DNA from: Raillietiella orientalis
Lineage: Eukaryota
Direction: 5' to 3'
Length of the DNA stretch: 64,000 bases
Assembly: GCA_036172245.1 (NCBI GenBank)
Contig: JAYWIR010000006.1
Span: 2,542,001 to 2,606,000 of the forward strand
Shown: one piece after another, positions 39,300 to 50,379 of the stretch
Layout: each line of letters begins with the position of its first letter
Numbering within the stretch: position 1 is the stretch's first letter
Notes under the pieces: generated by a model
Databases searched by the model: none
Seen by the model: only the letters and a program-made list of their open reading frames with translations
Told to the model about the DNA's origin: nothing
Translations under genes and position numbers: made by a program

Positions 39300-39750
39300 G
39301 CCAAGTCCCCTTCTTCCTTTGCTGGTTGTCTTCGCCCGCACTGTCGCCATCCAGGGATCACTCTCTCCGGTCTCGACCCCTGGAAACCTTCTCCTGCAAT
39401 TCCTTCCTCCTTTTTCCCTAGCGCCCCTCCGCACATGAGCCCTCCTTCCTTCTCGGTCCTTCTGTGCACCCGCGCCTTCATGAAAGAAACGCCGAGCGAC
39501 TCCTGAAATGGGGGGAGTTTCCCGGGAGTCCTCGGGAGGTAAGTAAGGAGACAAATCCCGTGGTTCCTAGAAGTGGGGAGTTGCGACGCGGATGATCCGA
39601 AGATTTCAATTCCTGCTGGGATGGCAGCCGGCTGTTGCGGCGGCTGGGGTGAAGCAGGCTCGCGTGCCGATGTCTGGAGCTTCGGTGACGGAGCTGCGGT
39701 GGCCCGTTGTATCAACCCCAACAAGAAACCTTCAGCTACAGGACGGAAAA
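39300..39750 (+). pseudogene. Degenerate, apparently intronless protein-kinase (TK/TKL-like) fragment
   Basis: SRADVWSFG (subdomain IX) is preceded by KISIPAGMAAG (about PxxWMAPE) in ORF 39573. VHPRLHERN (about IHRDLxxRN) lies upstream in another frame at about 39464-39490. Confidence 0.4.
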
Positions 39751-41379
39751 GGAAACGAGCCACGTGACCTTCGAAGTAAATCGGCGAAAAGTTTTGCACA
39801 GCTACCTGAAGCCGACACAGCAGCCTTTTTTCACCTTGCGAGAGCACCGGAAAAACTGACCCCAATTATCGGTATCCCAAAGGTAAAGACACACAAAGAC
39901 ACCCACCGTGTGATCGCATTCTACATTCTACGCGTTCAACTTGGACCCACAGTCTGTACACTTGCCTCTAATGCCCCGAGGTTTATTCGTTGTGAATGAG
40001 AATTCAGTTCACAAGACACCAGCAATCATGAGCGCCAAAAACGTGTATGGTTACTAATAGCGTCTGTGTACACTTAACCATTCGTCAGTGCAATAATTTT
40101 TCGTACTGAGATTTCTTACTAACGAGAATGTGCAGAGGTGCCACCATCTGCATTCATACGCTACAAATATTGCAATCATTCTGTACAATACCTTTCTGCG
40201 TATTACAAGCACTCCGTCCTCTTGCTAGCCAGCATAAACTTCATCTGGGCACCTATCCCTACATCCATCAGCCTATCGATGATAATCTCCTCCCTCCGCT
40301 TCCTGTATGCTTGGGGCAGAAGTTATCCTCTTTATGTTGCCAATGGTTCCGATCATGTGTGGACACTCAGTTTTCAAAAACACGAAGTTGGACTCTTTGA
40401 AAATCCCCGGCAGAGCAAATTCATTCACCGACTATCACCTATTTGCACCACGCGGACCATCCGCCCAGGAGAAACATGGCTGCTCCGACAACAATAGGGA
40501 GCGACTTCCGGATCCGAGTCCATGTGGGGAAGCGGCTGGACCGCGTTCCGGATCTCTCTATGCTTGCGTCGTTGTTGCTGGTTTTCACGTCCGTCGCTTG
40601 GGTGCATCGTAGGGGGTGAGCAGCGCGTGGCGGTGGGCACAGCCGTGGTGCGATTTCCCTTGCCGTTGCGATTTGCCCGATGCAGGCAAAAGCGTGCGCC
40701 GTGCGGTTATACACGGAAGCAGAGCTGACGCGAGGTGTGCCCGTTGGTGGAAGCTCCACGAATAGATGGATCTCAAGAGGGATCTTGTTGGCGAAAGGAA
40801 TGGGGAGTAGGGGGAGGGGGAAACATGGATAGGTGTTCTTATGGGCCATATGAGGTCGGGGGCGGGTGAGGGTATCGCGATGACTTGGCAGTAAGCAGCG
40901 CTGTAGGGCAAGTTTGTTTCCTCGTGGGGCAAGTTCTTGCGGAGCTTCCGGGTTCTCTGGCGTCCGATACGCCTAATCCACGGCGAATCAGTGCATTGAT
41001 GAAGAATAATGAGGAATCCTATTGAAGGCAGAATGGAAACCAACTGTGGATGGATTGGTACTAAGTTGGGTGGATGCTTTTTGGGGTCGAGAAAGGTTCA
41101 TCTGAGAAGAGCAGCTTGATCTTCCCTAGCCCGACTCGCGGCGGGGTGAATTGATTCATAGAAACCATTCGCTCTGCAGTCACGCGAACAACACAAAACT
41201 GATGCGGCCCGCGCGGGTACGACACGGCACCGTCCTGGCCGCACAGCTCAGCATCCTGAGGCAATGCAGAAGAGTGAAGAGCTGGAACTCTTCCGCACGC
41301 CCGGATGTTCATTCCCCTTTTCAGGAGCCCTGAAAGAGCGTCTCGGTCAGTGCACGCATGTCCGTGGGTCAACTTAGTC

Positions 41380-41720
41380 CTTCTGACGAGGATGGTCCTT
41401 AGGAAGAAGGCGACGACCACCCGCACTGTGGGGTTGTAGCGGGGAACGCCTTCGCCTTCGAGGAGTCCTCGCAGGATTCCCAGCGCCGATGTGTCCTCCA
41501 TCTATGACGCCCTCTTCACCGCTCTACGATCCCGGACGAGGGTTCGACAGGCATAGATGTGTAGGTCGTCTTCGATCGACCCACACTCTGGACACCGGTC
41601 GGTGCCTCCTCGTGCCGCACAGGATGTCTCCGTGGTAGAATATCAGCATGAAAAAACACGCGAGATGCCTCACGAGGGTGACCTCGTCGTTAATGTTCGA
41701 GTCTGCTCGGTGAATGTCAA
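41380..41720 (-). mobile_element. 3' fragment of a LINE ORF2 (CCHC zinc-knuckle region)
   Basis: The minus strand at about 41555-41610 reads DRCPECGSIEDDLHIYAC (C-x2-C-x8-H-x3-C). It continues past a stop into ORF 41061..41501. Confidence 0.55.
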
Positions 41721-41936
41721 GCAGGCACGGTTCCGTGTTTTTTCAGATCATTCGTAATTTTTTGATGAGCTGTTTTGACCATTCCCTCGTGGATACAGGA
41801 TTGTCATCTTTCAGATATTCCATTACTCTTTTTGAATTGTCGCACGAGTCGATCATATCACGTGCAACTTGTGCATCTTTGGAATCCATGGAGAATGCTA
41901 TCCGCTTTTTATCAATTGATGCAGTACGAAAAGCAA

Positions 41937-42044
41937 ACTCCGTCATGGCTTGCGCCCATGATGGTTTTTATCAAGCCATTTGCTTATCTGGCAAGGCCTA
42001 TAAGCTTATCAATAAGGCTTGCTGCAAACATGATTAAGGGTCAT
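41937..42044 (+). pseudogene. atpB: Fragment of F0F1 ATP synthase subunit a, probably from an alphaproteobacterial endosymbiont (Wolbachia/Rickettsiales-like) insertion
   Basis: [36 protein letters not shown] matches the subunit-a signature R-P-x-S-L-x-x-R-L-x-A-N-M-x-x-G-H. Both conserved Arg residues use AGG codons. Confidence 0.85.
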
Positions 42045-42645
42045 ATCTTGACCACGCTGAGGTGGCTCAATAATCAGCCAGTTAATTGCTGTCACGGATG
42101 AAGAATTGCATCTGATGAAACTTTTTCTTCCACGGTTTTTAATTGGGTGTTTCGATGGGAAATTATAAAGCACTTGGGATGAGATGATCTTTTGTGTGTT
42201 ATGATAAGCGGAGGTGTGGCGATCACGGGAGATGAGGAAAAGGGGGGGGGAAAAAAAAACGATGTCTAAAGCAGAATGATAAATGAATCTTCAAAAGGAT
42301 GTGGAAACAGACATTATACACGAAACAAAAGGAAAAGTTACCAAAGGAACAGATGGACTTTTTTATGGACGGTCCAAGCTTGCGAAACTTTGCTATTTCC
42401 GTGTTGGATCAGGCACTTTGAGGGATCGGGGCCGATATTGAGGGATTGGGATCGATGGCTTGTCTTGTCTGCTGGCTACCGTTGGATCGGTCCTACTAAC
42501 TGCAGTCGTGTACGGCTGCAGTTTAAATCCGAGGGTAGCCAGTGGCTTTCATCTTGGAGCAATGTGCAATCTTTTTCGTATGGGGGGGCTCGAAGCTTCC
42601 GTAGTTTTTATACATATGTTTGTACATGTACCGCCGCAGCAGGTA

Positions 42646-43655
42646 CAGTGCACGCTCCATACAGTAACCTTTGATAAAAGAAACTTTCGACATAAGCGAC
42701 CCTTGATGCGGTCAACATTTTAAGCTTTCCGTCGTCCGACAAAAGAAACTTTTTCTCAACCGCGTTAAAGACGGGCAAAAATAAGAGAAATCCATCAGCT
42801 GTCCCAGCAAAAATTTAGATGCTCTACGTGAGGTCGAAAGGGGAACGAAGGTAAAAGTGCCGTGTTTGAGTTGCAACGTGGGTCGGTCAACGGTTTCGAA
42901 AATCGTGAAAGACAAAGTAAATTTGGAGGCCAATGGTAGCCTCACGCTGCCGTGTCCCGAAACTCCTAGAAATGGGATGGCGATCTCGAAATGTCCCGAA
43001 ATGTGGAGCGAGCGCTTCACATTCGTGGCTCTTGCAGCAACAGCGAGACTGGAAGACCACCATCACGAATGGAATCTCAAAATTGAAGGCCAAGGAAATT
43101 CATGGTCGGTTGGGATGTGATGGGGAAATTTGGGGCCAATGGCGGGTGGGTGGCCCTGAGCAGCTTCAAAAAAAAAAAAAAAAAGACAGGGTATTCGCTT
43201 ATTGACTCTATGGAGCATGCAGAAGAAAATTTGGATGAAAGTGACAGATGTTCAAAAATTTGCCAAAGTCATTGACCACTCCTTCAATTTAGCTACGGAG
43301 TGGTCAGAACGCGTCTGCCTTCTTGTTCGTGATGCTCTTCTCTCCTGAGAAGAGTACGGGAAAAGGCAATTGGTGAAGAAGTTTGAGTAAAATTTCATAC
43401 CGTATCGTCATCATCATTTACTGCATAAGCCATCATTATTTTTTACCTCTGTAATGTTACTGAATTTGCTCATTTAAGTGTAAAAATTCACAATTTACTG
43501 TTCCACAATTTGGTTTCTTTCATTTCATCATCCCCAAAAAAGATTCATTTTTTTAATTTTTTTTTTCATTTCGACTACCCATCTCGACATTCTATAGAGG
43601 CGACGTTTTTAGAATTTCGATTCCAGAAAAAGGTGACCGTGTCGAATGCGCACTG
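42646..43655 (+). mobile_element. Internally deleted pogo/Tigger-type (Tc1/mariner) DNA transposon
   Basis: TA|CAGTGCACGCTCCATACAGTAACCTTT at the left and AAAGGTGACCGTGTCGAATGCGCACTG|TA at the right form an imperfect 27-bp TIR with TA TSD. A broken CENP-B/psq HTH reads LDALREVERG...NVGRSTVSKIVKDK, followed by WLLQQQR...LKAKEIH. Confidence 0.85.
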
Positions 43656-44169
43656 TACAAGTTTTTTAATGGCGCTGCGAGGTGTGTTTTCTGGGGACGG
43701 CGCCCTGGAGTGCGCCTTGCAATGGTGACGTCGGCGAGGGTACGACACATCGACTTGACAGTGTAGAAGATTCTGGGGTAACCAGCGAGGTGATGAGGTA
43801 TTGGTGACCAGTGGTCTAGATGATTCAGTAACGGATGTCACAAGTTGATGCATCAGAAAGGGTATAAAAAGTACGGGGTTTAGGGTATGAGGTGATGAAT
43901 AGCATGCAAGGTGACTCCGGTCGTTATGCAGGGATTGTGGTAGGGATAGGCGGATTTTTTGAGGAGCTGGGTTGGAGGTTAACAAGTAGATTTACGTGTC
44001 ATCTGAGCTACTGATTGCGTGGTGCTGAGTCACTTATGCCGGGTATCAATGAGATGTCTGAGAAATAAGGTGGGTACGCGGCCTAGGCGTGCGATCAGTG
44101 TTTCAGATGTGTCCTTATGAACCCTACAAGCTTGTTGTAGGGAGGGAAGTGCATGCTGCAAATGCGCCC

Positions 44170-45063
44170 GTGTTGGCGGCCGTACGGCTGCCCCCGTTGA
44201 CATGGCCGGGATTGGGAGTTGACCCTTCGGGGTCCCTTCCAGGGATCACGGAGCTTCCGGGTTCCCCTCCGGTTGTGAGAATGGAGCCGCCGTCTCCTTC
44301 CCTCCAGGGAATCCTCAATCGACATCGACTGCGGCAGCCTGGAGCGAAGCCGAAGGAAGAAGCTAAAGGAAGAAGAGAGAGGGATGCCGTCCAGTCCGCA
44401 GCTCGCTTTCTGCTGTGGAAGCGGCCAGATGGCCCCACCTGGGACCTATTCGGAAGGATCTAGCCGGCATCCTAGAATGGAAGCAGAGGACTCCATCCAG
44501 TTGGACAGTGGTCCCTTCCCAACTCCCCCAAAGATTTTTATTTATTTTTATGTACTCTTTTCTCTTTGTTTTCTCTACTCCCTCCCTCCTTTCTGCGCTG
44601 TCGAGGTAACCCCCTCCGGTCTGCGTACCGGCGACCCGGCAGTTCCGTGGACAAACAGAGTGGTAGGACTACTTGTCCTACCACAATTTGTGAGTTTCTT
44701 TCAAATGTTAAGAAACGCCCCAGGGTGTCCGGGTGGAAATCGGAGGCCAATCAGGATGCGGGTTTTCTTCGGGGTTCCCCTACCAAGCATAAGAGGAAAG
44801 GACTCGTTCCTCCAGGGCCCTTCCTGGATTCATAGAGTGGTCCCTCCGGGGTGACCCTCACCCTAACTTGAAGAGTGACACGCACCCCCGAATGGCGTGG
44901 ACATCGTCAAAGAGCATCGTGATCCCGCTCTGAGGAGGCAGACTATTCTTCAGCACCCGGAGAACCCCTCCCAAAAAAAAAAACCCGAAGAAGAGAAAGA
45001 AAAAGGTGGAAGAAAAGCAGCGAAAGCAGTAGAACTCCTAAGGATTTCCACCATCCGAAAGGA
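44170..45063 (+). mobile_element. tRNA-SINE family copy (headless) interrupted by a LINE at about 44310-44738 and again after 45063
   Basis: GAGTTGACCCTTCGGGGTCC and CCCTCCGGTTGTGAGAATGGAGCC precede the first LINE. GGATTCATAG..CCCTAACTTGAAGAGT..AAGGATTTCC follow it. Confidence 0.75.
44310..44738 (+). mobile_element. L1/Tx1-like LINE, 5'-truncated (ORF2 end and 3' UTR)
   Basis: ERDAVQSAARFL is homologous to the other copies (NAIHWA / RDAIHFA). It has a T-rich UTR and terminal CGCCCCAGGGTGTCCGGGTG-GAAA. Confidence 0.7.
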
Positions 45064-45508
45064 CGTCTCATGTGCCGCTCTGACGCCAGCTGCGTTTCTC
45101 GTAGTCCTCAGCTGCGTCCGCGGAATCGTGGCAGCCTGGAGCGCGGGAAGAGGAGACCAGAATGGCAGGGACGCCATCCACTGGGCGCGAATCATCCCGA
45201 GGACCGCCTCGAGATGGCTCCAGCTGGGAACTATCCAGACAGAACTTGCCAGCATCCTGAGCAGGATGCCAGACTCCTGGCAGCGTACCGTGATCCCTCG
45301 ATACCTCGATTCGTCTCCCTCCCCATGTATAATTCCCTCTCCTCCGTTTTGTTTGTTTATTTTTCTGTTTTGTTTTCCCTCCCCCACGCTGCGGAAGCGG
45401 ATCTCGCCGGTCTGCGTGCCGCCCTTCGGCGTAGTAGAACCAATATTTTACCACAAAAATGTCTTTTTATTACTAACGTGATAAATGCCTCGGCATAACC
45501 AGGTGAAA
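45064..45508 (+). mobile_element. L1/Tx1-like LINE, 5'-truncated, with 14-bp TSD
   Basis: Reads VRGIVAAWS...RDAIHWA...ELASILSRM and ends ATAAATGCCTCGGCATAACCAGGTGAAA. The TSD is ACCATCCGAAAGGA (45050-45063) / ACCACCCGAAAGGA (45509-45522). Confidence 0.8.
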
Positions 45509-47129
45509 ACCACCCGAAAGGATTCGGGGCGTTCTCTTCGACGCACATGCTTGGTAGAAACACTAGTGCTTGACTTCTGTCCAGCTACTTCCTCTTCTAA
45601 TGGTTGGGTTGAATTCGATACTCCATTGCATCGACAACAGTCTGGGAATCAGCTTGCTAAAGTTTGCAAAGAGTCTTCTGCGTGCCTCGAACGTTCTGGT
45701 GGCTGCTGGAAGCAGCTGTCTGGAGAGTCTCGATGTTGTCCTGGCTGGGGGAGCGCTCATATGCTGCAAGAAGCAGCTGCCTGCGTCCTGCCTACTTTCC
45801 CCCTCCCCCCTCTACGAGTTGCTTCCCAACTTGTGTGAGGACCTCTCCGTGTCTCTCAGACGTCCCCAATGCCTCTCGGCTGCTCTCCTCGAATGCGGGT
45901 TGCGCTGGAGACGCATGCAGTCGATCCTGCGCCAACAAGGTGCTTTGTTTCTCGACTCTTGCGACACTAAGAAGTGCATTCCTTATGGGGGCATTGCCAA
46001 GAAGCGGCTAAGAGTTCCTCCAAAGGGACTCTTCGGCAGTCACACTTATCGCCTCCACTTGCACAACTTCCGATCTGCCATCTTTCAGTGGTGCTTGAGG
46101 CTCGTTCGCTGACTCAGCTCACCACTGGCGGAAGCAAATTCCGTGCCTCAGGGTGGCACGCCCGGCTCATGCGGAATCCTGGACGTGTCCCTTGAAGTGT
46201 TCTCTGGCTCCGGGAGTTCATCCTGGGAAATCTGAACAACTCCCCGAAGAATTCATTGCTGATCCTCCGTACAGAAGGCAGCCATTTCATTCTGGTTCCT
46301 GGTATCTTCCCCTCAGTGCCCTCACTTCCTACCTTACCCCTTTTCCCCAGTCCTACAAACAATCGGGTAGCTCATTCAACCCACAAAAATGCAAAAACAA
46401 AGCACACGCGTAAACACTACTCTCCAAAGTGTTTCCTTCTCATTCTCCATTCTGCACATCCCTTCGTAAGCATTTCTGTAAGTTCTCTGTGCCAATTGTT
46501 TTTATAGCTCTCTGCCGTAACCACGATAACTTCCAGTTTGCAAACTTTCTATTTGTCTCACTTCTTTTTTTGCAGCTCTAGTGCTAGAAAATCATGAATT
46601 TCTGGAAATATCGTAACCTCCGTTGGCTCTTTTCCAGTCTGTCTTCCTCGAGGATTTACTGGACCACTACCAGAGAGCCGTTCTATTTATTCTTCCAAGG
46701 TCTCTCCCGTTCAGCCACTTTCTGTTTGTTGGGCGTTTTGGTGCTCTTGCATCTCCTTGCGGAAACTGGCTTGCTGCTGCTTGCGTCCCTCCTTTTTCAA
46801 TTTCCAGTCCTTTCCTTTTGACCTCAGTTCTTCAGGTTCCAATGTTTTTCCACGTTTCTGTGTTACGGACTCTCTCCCAACCGCACATTTTTCCTTCTTT
46901 TTTTCCTTTCCTTTCCTTTTTCTTTGGGGGGTGGGTGGCTGATCCTGCAGCTAAAAGCCGGTCTTTGTGTTTGCAGCACTCCCGTTCGCTGTGCCCTGAA
47001 CAAACAACACTTCTCGGGCTTGAGACACGAGCAGACTGGATGTCCTTGCCGGCCTCAATTTATTGCACGCGGCACAGCGACCACTGATCCCGGTCACCGA
47101 GGGTCAAGATTTAGCGCTTTCGTGGAGCT

Positions 47130-47550
47130 CCACACCTTAACGAACGCGTCTTCTGAAAACAAGTGGTCCGGAAAGCTCTGATCTGACTTGATCGTTGAGT
47201 GAAGGATGACTCCAGGTGGTCTTTTCGATGTGTTGCAGTTCAGTCCATGAAGCTGGTCCGCGGCAATCGCGACTGCCCTGATGACGGTATGGAGCTTCCA
47301 GTCATCTAAATTGATTCCTTCACCGATGATGAGTCTCACGAAGAGTTCTCCGCGATCGGTGCAAACGGAAAAACCGTTAACGGACGGCACTTCCGCTGTG
47401 ATCGTACCGAAGTCCACCTCCTTCTAATTGTCCAGTGCGATCGGAACATCTCGCGTTGCGTCGCACCTTAACAACCCATTTGTGAACATCCAGCGGCCCT
47501 TTTGAACTGGCCGCTGCCCGCTGTAAACCTCGAAGACGGGCTCGTCTTGC
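47130..47550 (-). pseudogene. Degenerate, intronless protein-kinase fragment (subdomains I-VII)
   Basis: SGQRPVQKGRW / WVVKV (subdomains I-II, frameshifted), KEV (III), RGELF (V), DQLHG...PPGVILHSTIKSD (VIa-VIb, HRD lost) and EDAFVKV (before DFG) occur in and upstream of ORF 47094..47417. Confidence 0.45.
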
Positions 47551-47599
47551 ACATGTGCAGTTTCGAAATATTATGGGACCCTTTCGACTTCCCCAGTTT

Positions 47600-48500
47600 G
47601 GGCTTGTGAAGCCGCTGCCGTCGCGTGGGGCGCCACTGTCGTCAAGGCGGACGCCGTGCTTGCCTGTCTTGCCATCGAAATGGCTCTGCGTGGCTATCGT
47701 GTGCCTCCGCCTCATCGCTGGTCGATCTCGATCTTTTCTCCACCGCAGAACTACCGGTCACTCTGCGCGAGAGTAGGTCAAATCGCTGCCTTGGCGCCCT
47801 CACTTGAAGGAGTCCGCACTTTTCTCTCAATCAGTACTCGTCCTCGGGCGGTACCAGCGCACCGTGTTCTCCTTCTACGAAAGTGGAGCTCAGCGTGCGT
47901 CATTCTTACCGTTTCCATCTATCAAGGTCCTCTTTCTTATCGACCATTCTCTGCTTGAAGAACCGCTTTCTCTGACTCGGTTTCGCCTTTCTGGATAATA
48001 AAATCCATTCCTTGTAATGAGTAGCCTGAAGACATGAAAACCCCTTTTCCTAATTCCGATCTGACCACGGGGAATACCTCGGTTCGGCTATCAGTTGTCT
48101 GCTCTTAAGGCGTCCCTCGCCATTGGATTCCATGCATCCTGGACGCGAGATGCACAGCGGCAGCTTCGAAGCATCACTTTCACACGCAGCCCCTCCTCGA
48201 TAATCAGCTTATCTGCGGTCACTGACTCTCCCTAGCGCCAGGTGTACATTTCCTCTCAAAATTGGCCCGGCTACCCACTCCCAGTGAATCAAAGCGCCAA
48301 AATCTTCGACCACGTTGAGTTTTTCGGCGGTCGAGAGAAACTCTCTGGCCACCTCCGTTGGCGTGCGTGGGGTGTGAATCGGAAGAAAGGAACTTGCGGC
48401 GAACCTTCCGTTGGAACTCTTTCCCGCTCACACACGATAAGGATCAGCAACCACGCGGAGATAGCTCTTCGTCCTCCTCGGAAACACCCTTAGGTTTCAT
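47600..48500 (-). mobile_element. Penelope-like element relic
   Basis: VFMSSGYSLQGMDFIIQKRR (about F..NGYP..FI) at about 47985-48045, and QSHFDGKTGKHGVRLDD (about YIGxT....R..EH) in ORF 47377. Confidence 0.45.
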
Positions 48501-48639
48501 TCGGAGACGACACTCGAATCCCAGGGCTTGTAAGGGGCTTCGCAAAGGTCTTTTCGTCTCACGAACCCAGGAAGTCCTGAAAACCAAATTCTCGACGGGA
48601 TCTTCGGGATGAGTGAGTTTTTTTTTTTTTTTTTTTCGG

Positions 48640-50379
48640 TGGGCGCTCTTCCAGGATTGCTTCCTCCTTTGCTCGTTCGAGTGGCCGCCTCGTGGAGCTC
48701 GGCCTCCGTGCATAGGTTCGTCCCTTCGCGAACCACTGCACCTGGTGCTGTTGCACGTGGAAGCCTGGCGAGAGGCGGCTGCGTTCCTCTGGCCGTGAGG
48801 AACGCGGGAATCCCGTCGTCCTTGGTCGCACTCTTGATCCTCAGGGGTCAGCAGCCTGCACAGAGATGCCAAGCACCTGCATTTCCTGCACCTCCCGTGC
48901 GAGTTCATCCCAGGTAATTTCAACCAGTCTTTCGGGATTCGACCCATTCCTGGAAGTCACGGATCTTCTGCGCGGATTGCGCGCGGATATTCGACAGGTC
49001 CGCCGAGTTAGGCCGTCCGCTTTCACACGGCCCGGTCTTCCCAGGGGACACTTTCGCGTGGAACATCTTCCATTCTCGAGTAGAAGAAACAAGAAGCAGA
49101 TCGTTTGGCACCGCCCCCTCCATAACTCACTCATAACTCTCCCCGGGATCTCTTGAAAGCGCCTTCGGCAATCGAATTGCGAGTCACATGGCCTCATGTG
49201 TGCCGGCCTTCATCAGGGACTCTTACAAAGCACCTAGGAGTGGCAGAGCCCTACAGTCGAGGGTCGGGCTGGCGTCTGCATCTGGAGGAAGGTAGAACCA
49301 CGTGCTCCTCTTTCGCATCCGCAGACCCTCACCCGCGTTCGCTGCTCTTCCCCTGCTTGGCGTCCGCGTTCAGGAAGGGCACCGAAGAAGTTCAGGTCAT
49401 CTCTCAAGCTTCCACTGGGTCGAGGTTTCCCCCTGTCGAGTGACACTGCTCGCGGAATTCTCACGAGGAGATCTCCGCTTGTGGATCATCCAAAATGGCT
49501 CTCTCTGTCCCATAGGACTGCTCCGTAGCAAAATGCGGTCTCGTGCTCGCGGACGCGGAGGACCGGACTTGACCTTGGAGACGGCCTTCATTTCTATCAG
49601 GAGCTGGTGGCAGATCTGCAGTGTTCCCCCTCCGGTGCTCATGGACACCCGCACCCTACCCTTGAAGTGGACAGGAGTCGGCACTACTGATGCAGCACTG
49701 GGACCTCCCGTGCAGCGACCACTGGCATCTGTGGACACAGGGAGAGGAGTGAACCCAAAGTATGCAAAGTGCAGAAAGCGTTGATCCCTCCCGCAACTAC
49801 TCGTGGAATGCATTGCTCTCCATCCCCCTTGGGGACCCTTCGTCGCGACCCTTGGAACCCCTGGCGGCAACCCAGGTACGCTGTGCGACTCTTTGTGCGG
49901 GACACCCTGAGGCTTGGCCGCCGCCTTAGCAGCACTGCTGCCTCGCGGGATCGTGGCTTTGAGCGATGCCAACGGAGGAGCCAATGAGAGGGGACGCCAT
50001 CCACTTCGCTCTTTGCTTTCTCTGGATAGCGGCCAGATGACCCCACCTGGATGTCAACATTAAGCAAGACCTTGCCGGGATCCTCCGAAGGATGCAGAGG
50101 ACCATCCTCAACAGACCGTGACCCCATCCCTTCTCGCACCCCTCACTCCACAAATGTTTCATGGATTCGATCCATCCCTGGAAGGGATTTTATTTTGCTT
50201 CTTTCTCTCTTCTTGTTTGGTCCCTCCCCTCTGCTACTGTGGTGGGCCTCGCCGGTCCGCGAACCCGTAAAGCGGCAGGTTATATACGAAAGGACGTGAT
50301 TGGACCACCGGTTCAACCACACAAATTGCAAATTTTATTTCATCTTGAAATAAATGCCCCTGAGTACCCGGGTGAAAAA
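48640..50379 (+). mobile_element. L1/Tx1-like LINE, longest copy (3' half of ORF2, degenerate); 5' boundary approximate
   Basis: Contains HLGVAEP (about GLGxPD), NPKYAKC..SLPQLLVECIAL (decayed CCHC) and RGIVALS..ERDAIHFAL..DLAGILRRM. It ends AATAAATGCCCCTGAGTACCCGGGTG-AAAAA. Confidence 0.75.

Noticed and set aside
41937..42059. Interpretation of the ATP synthase a fragment as a host mitochondrial ATP6 NUMT (the tail GHILTTL looks mitochondrial)
   Set aside because: The conserved Arg residues are AGG codons, which are not Arg in the invertebrate mitochondrial code.
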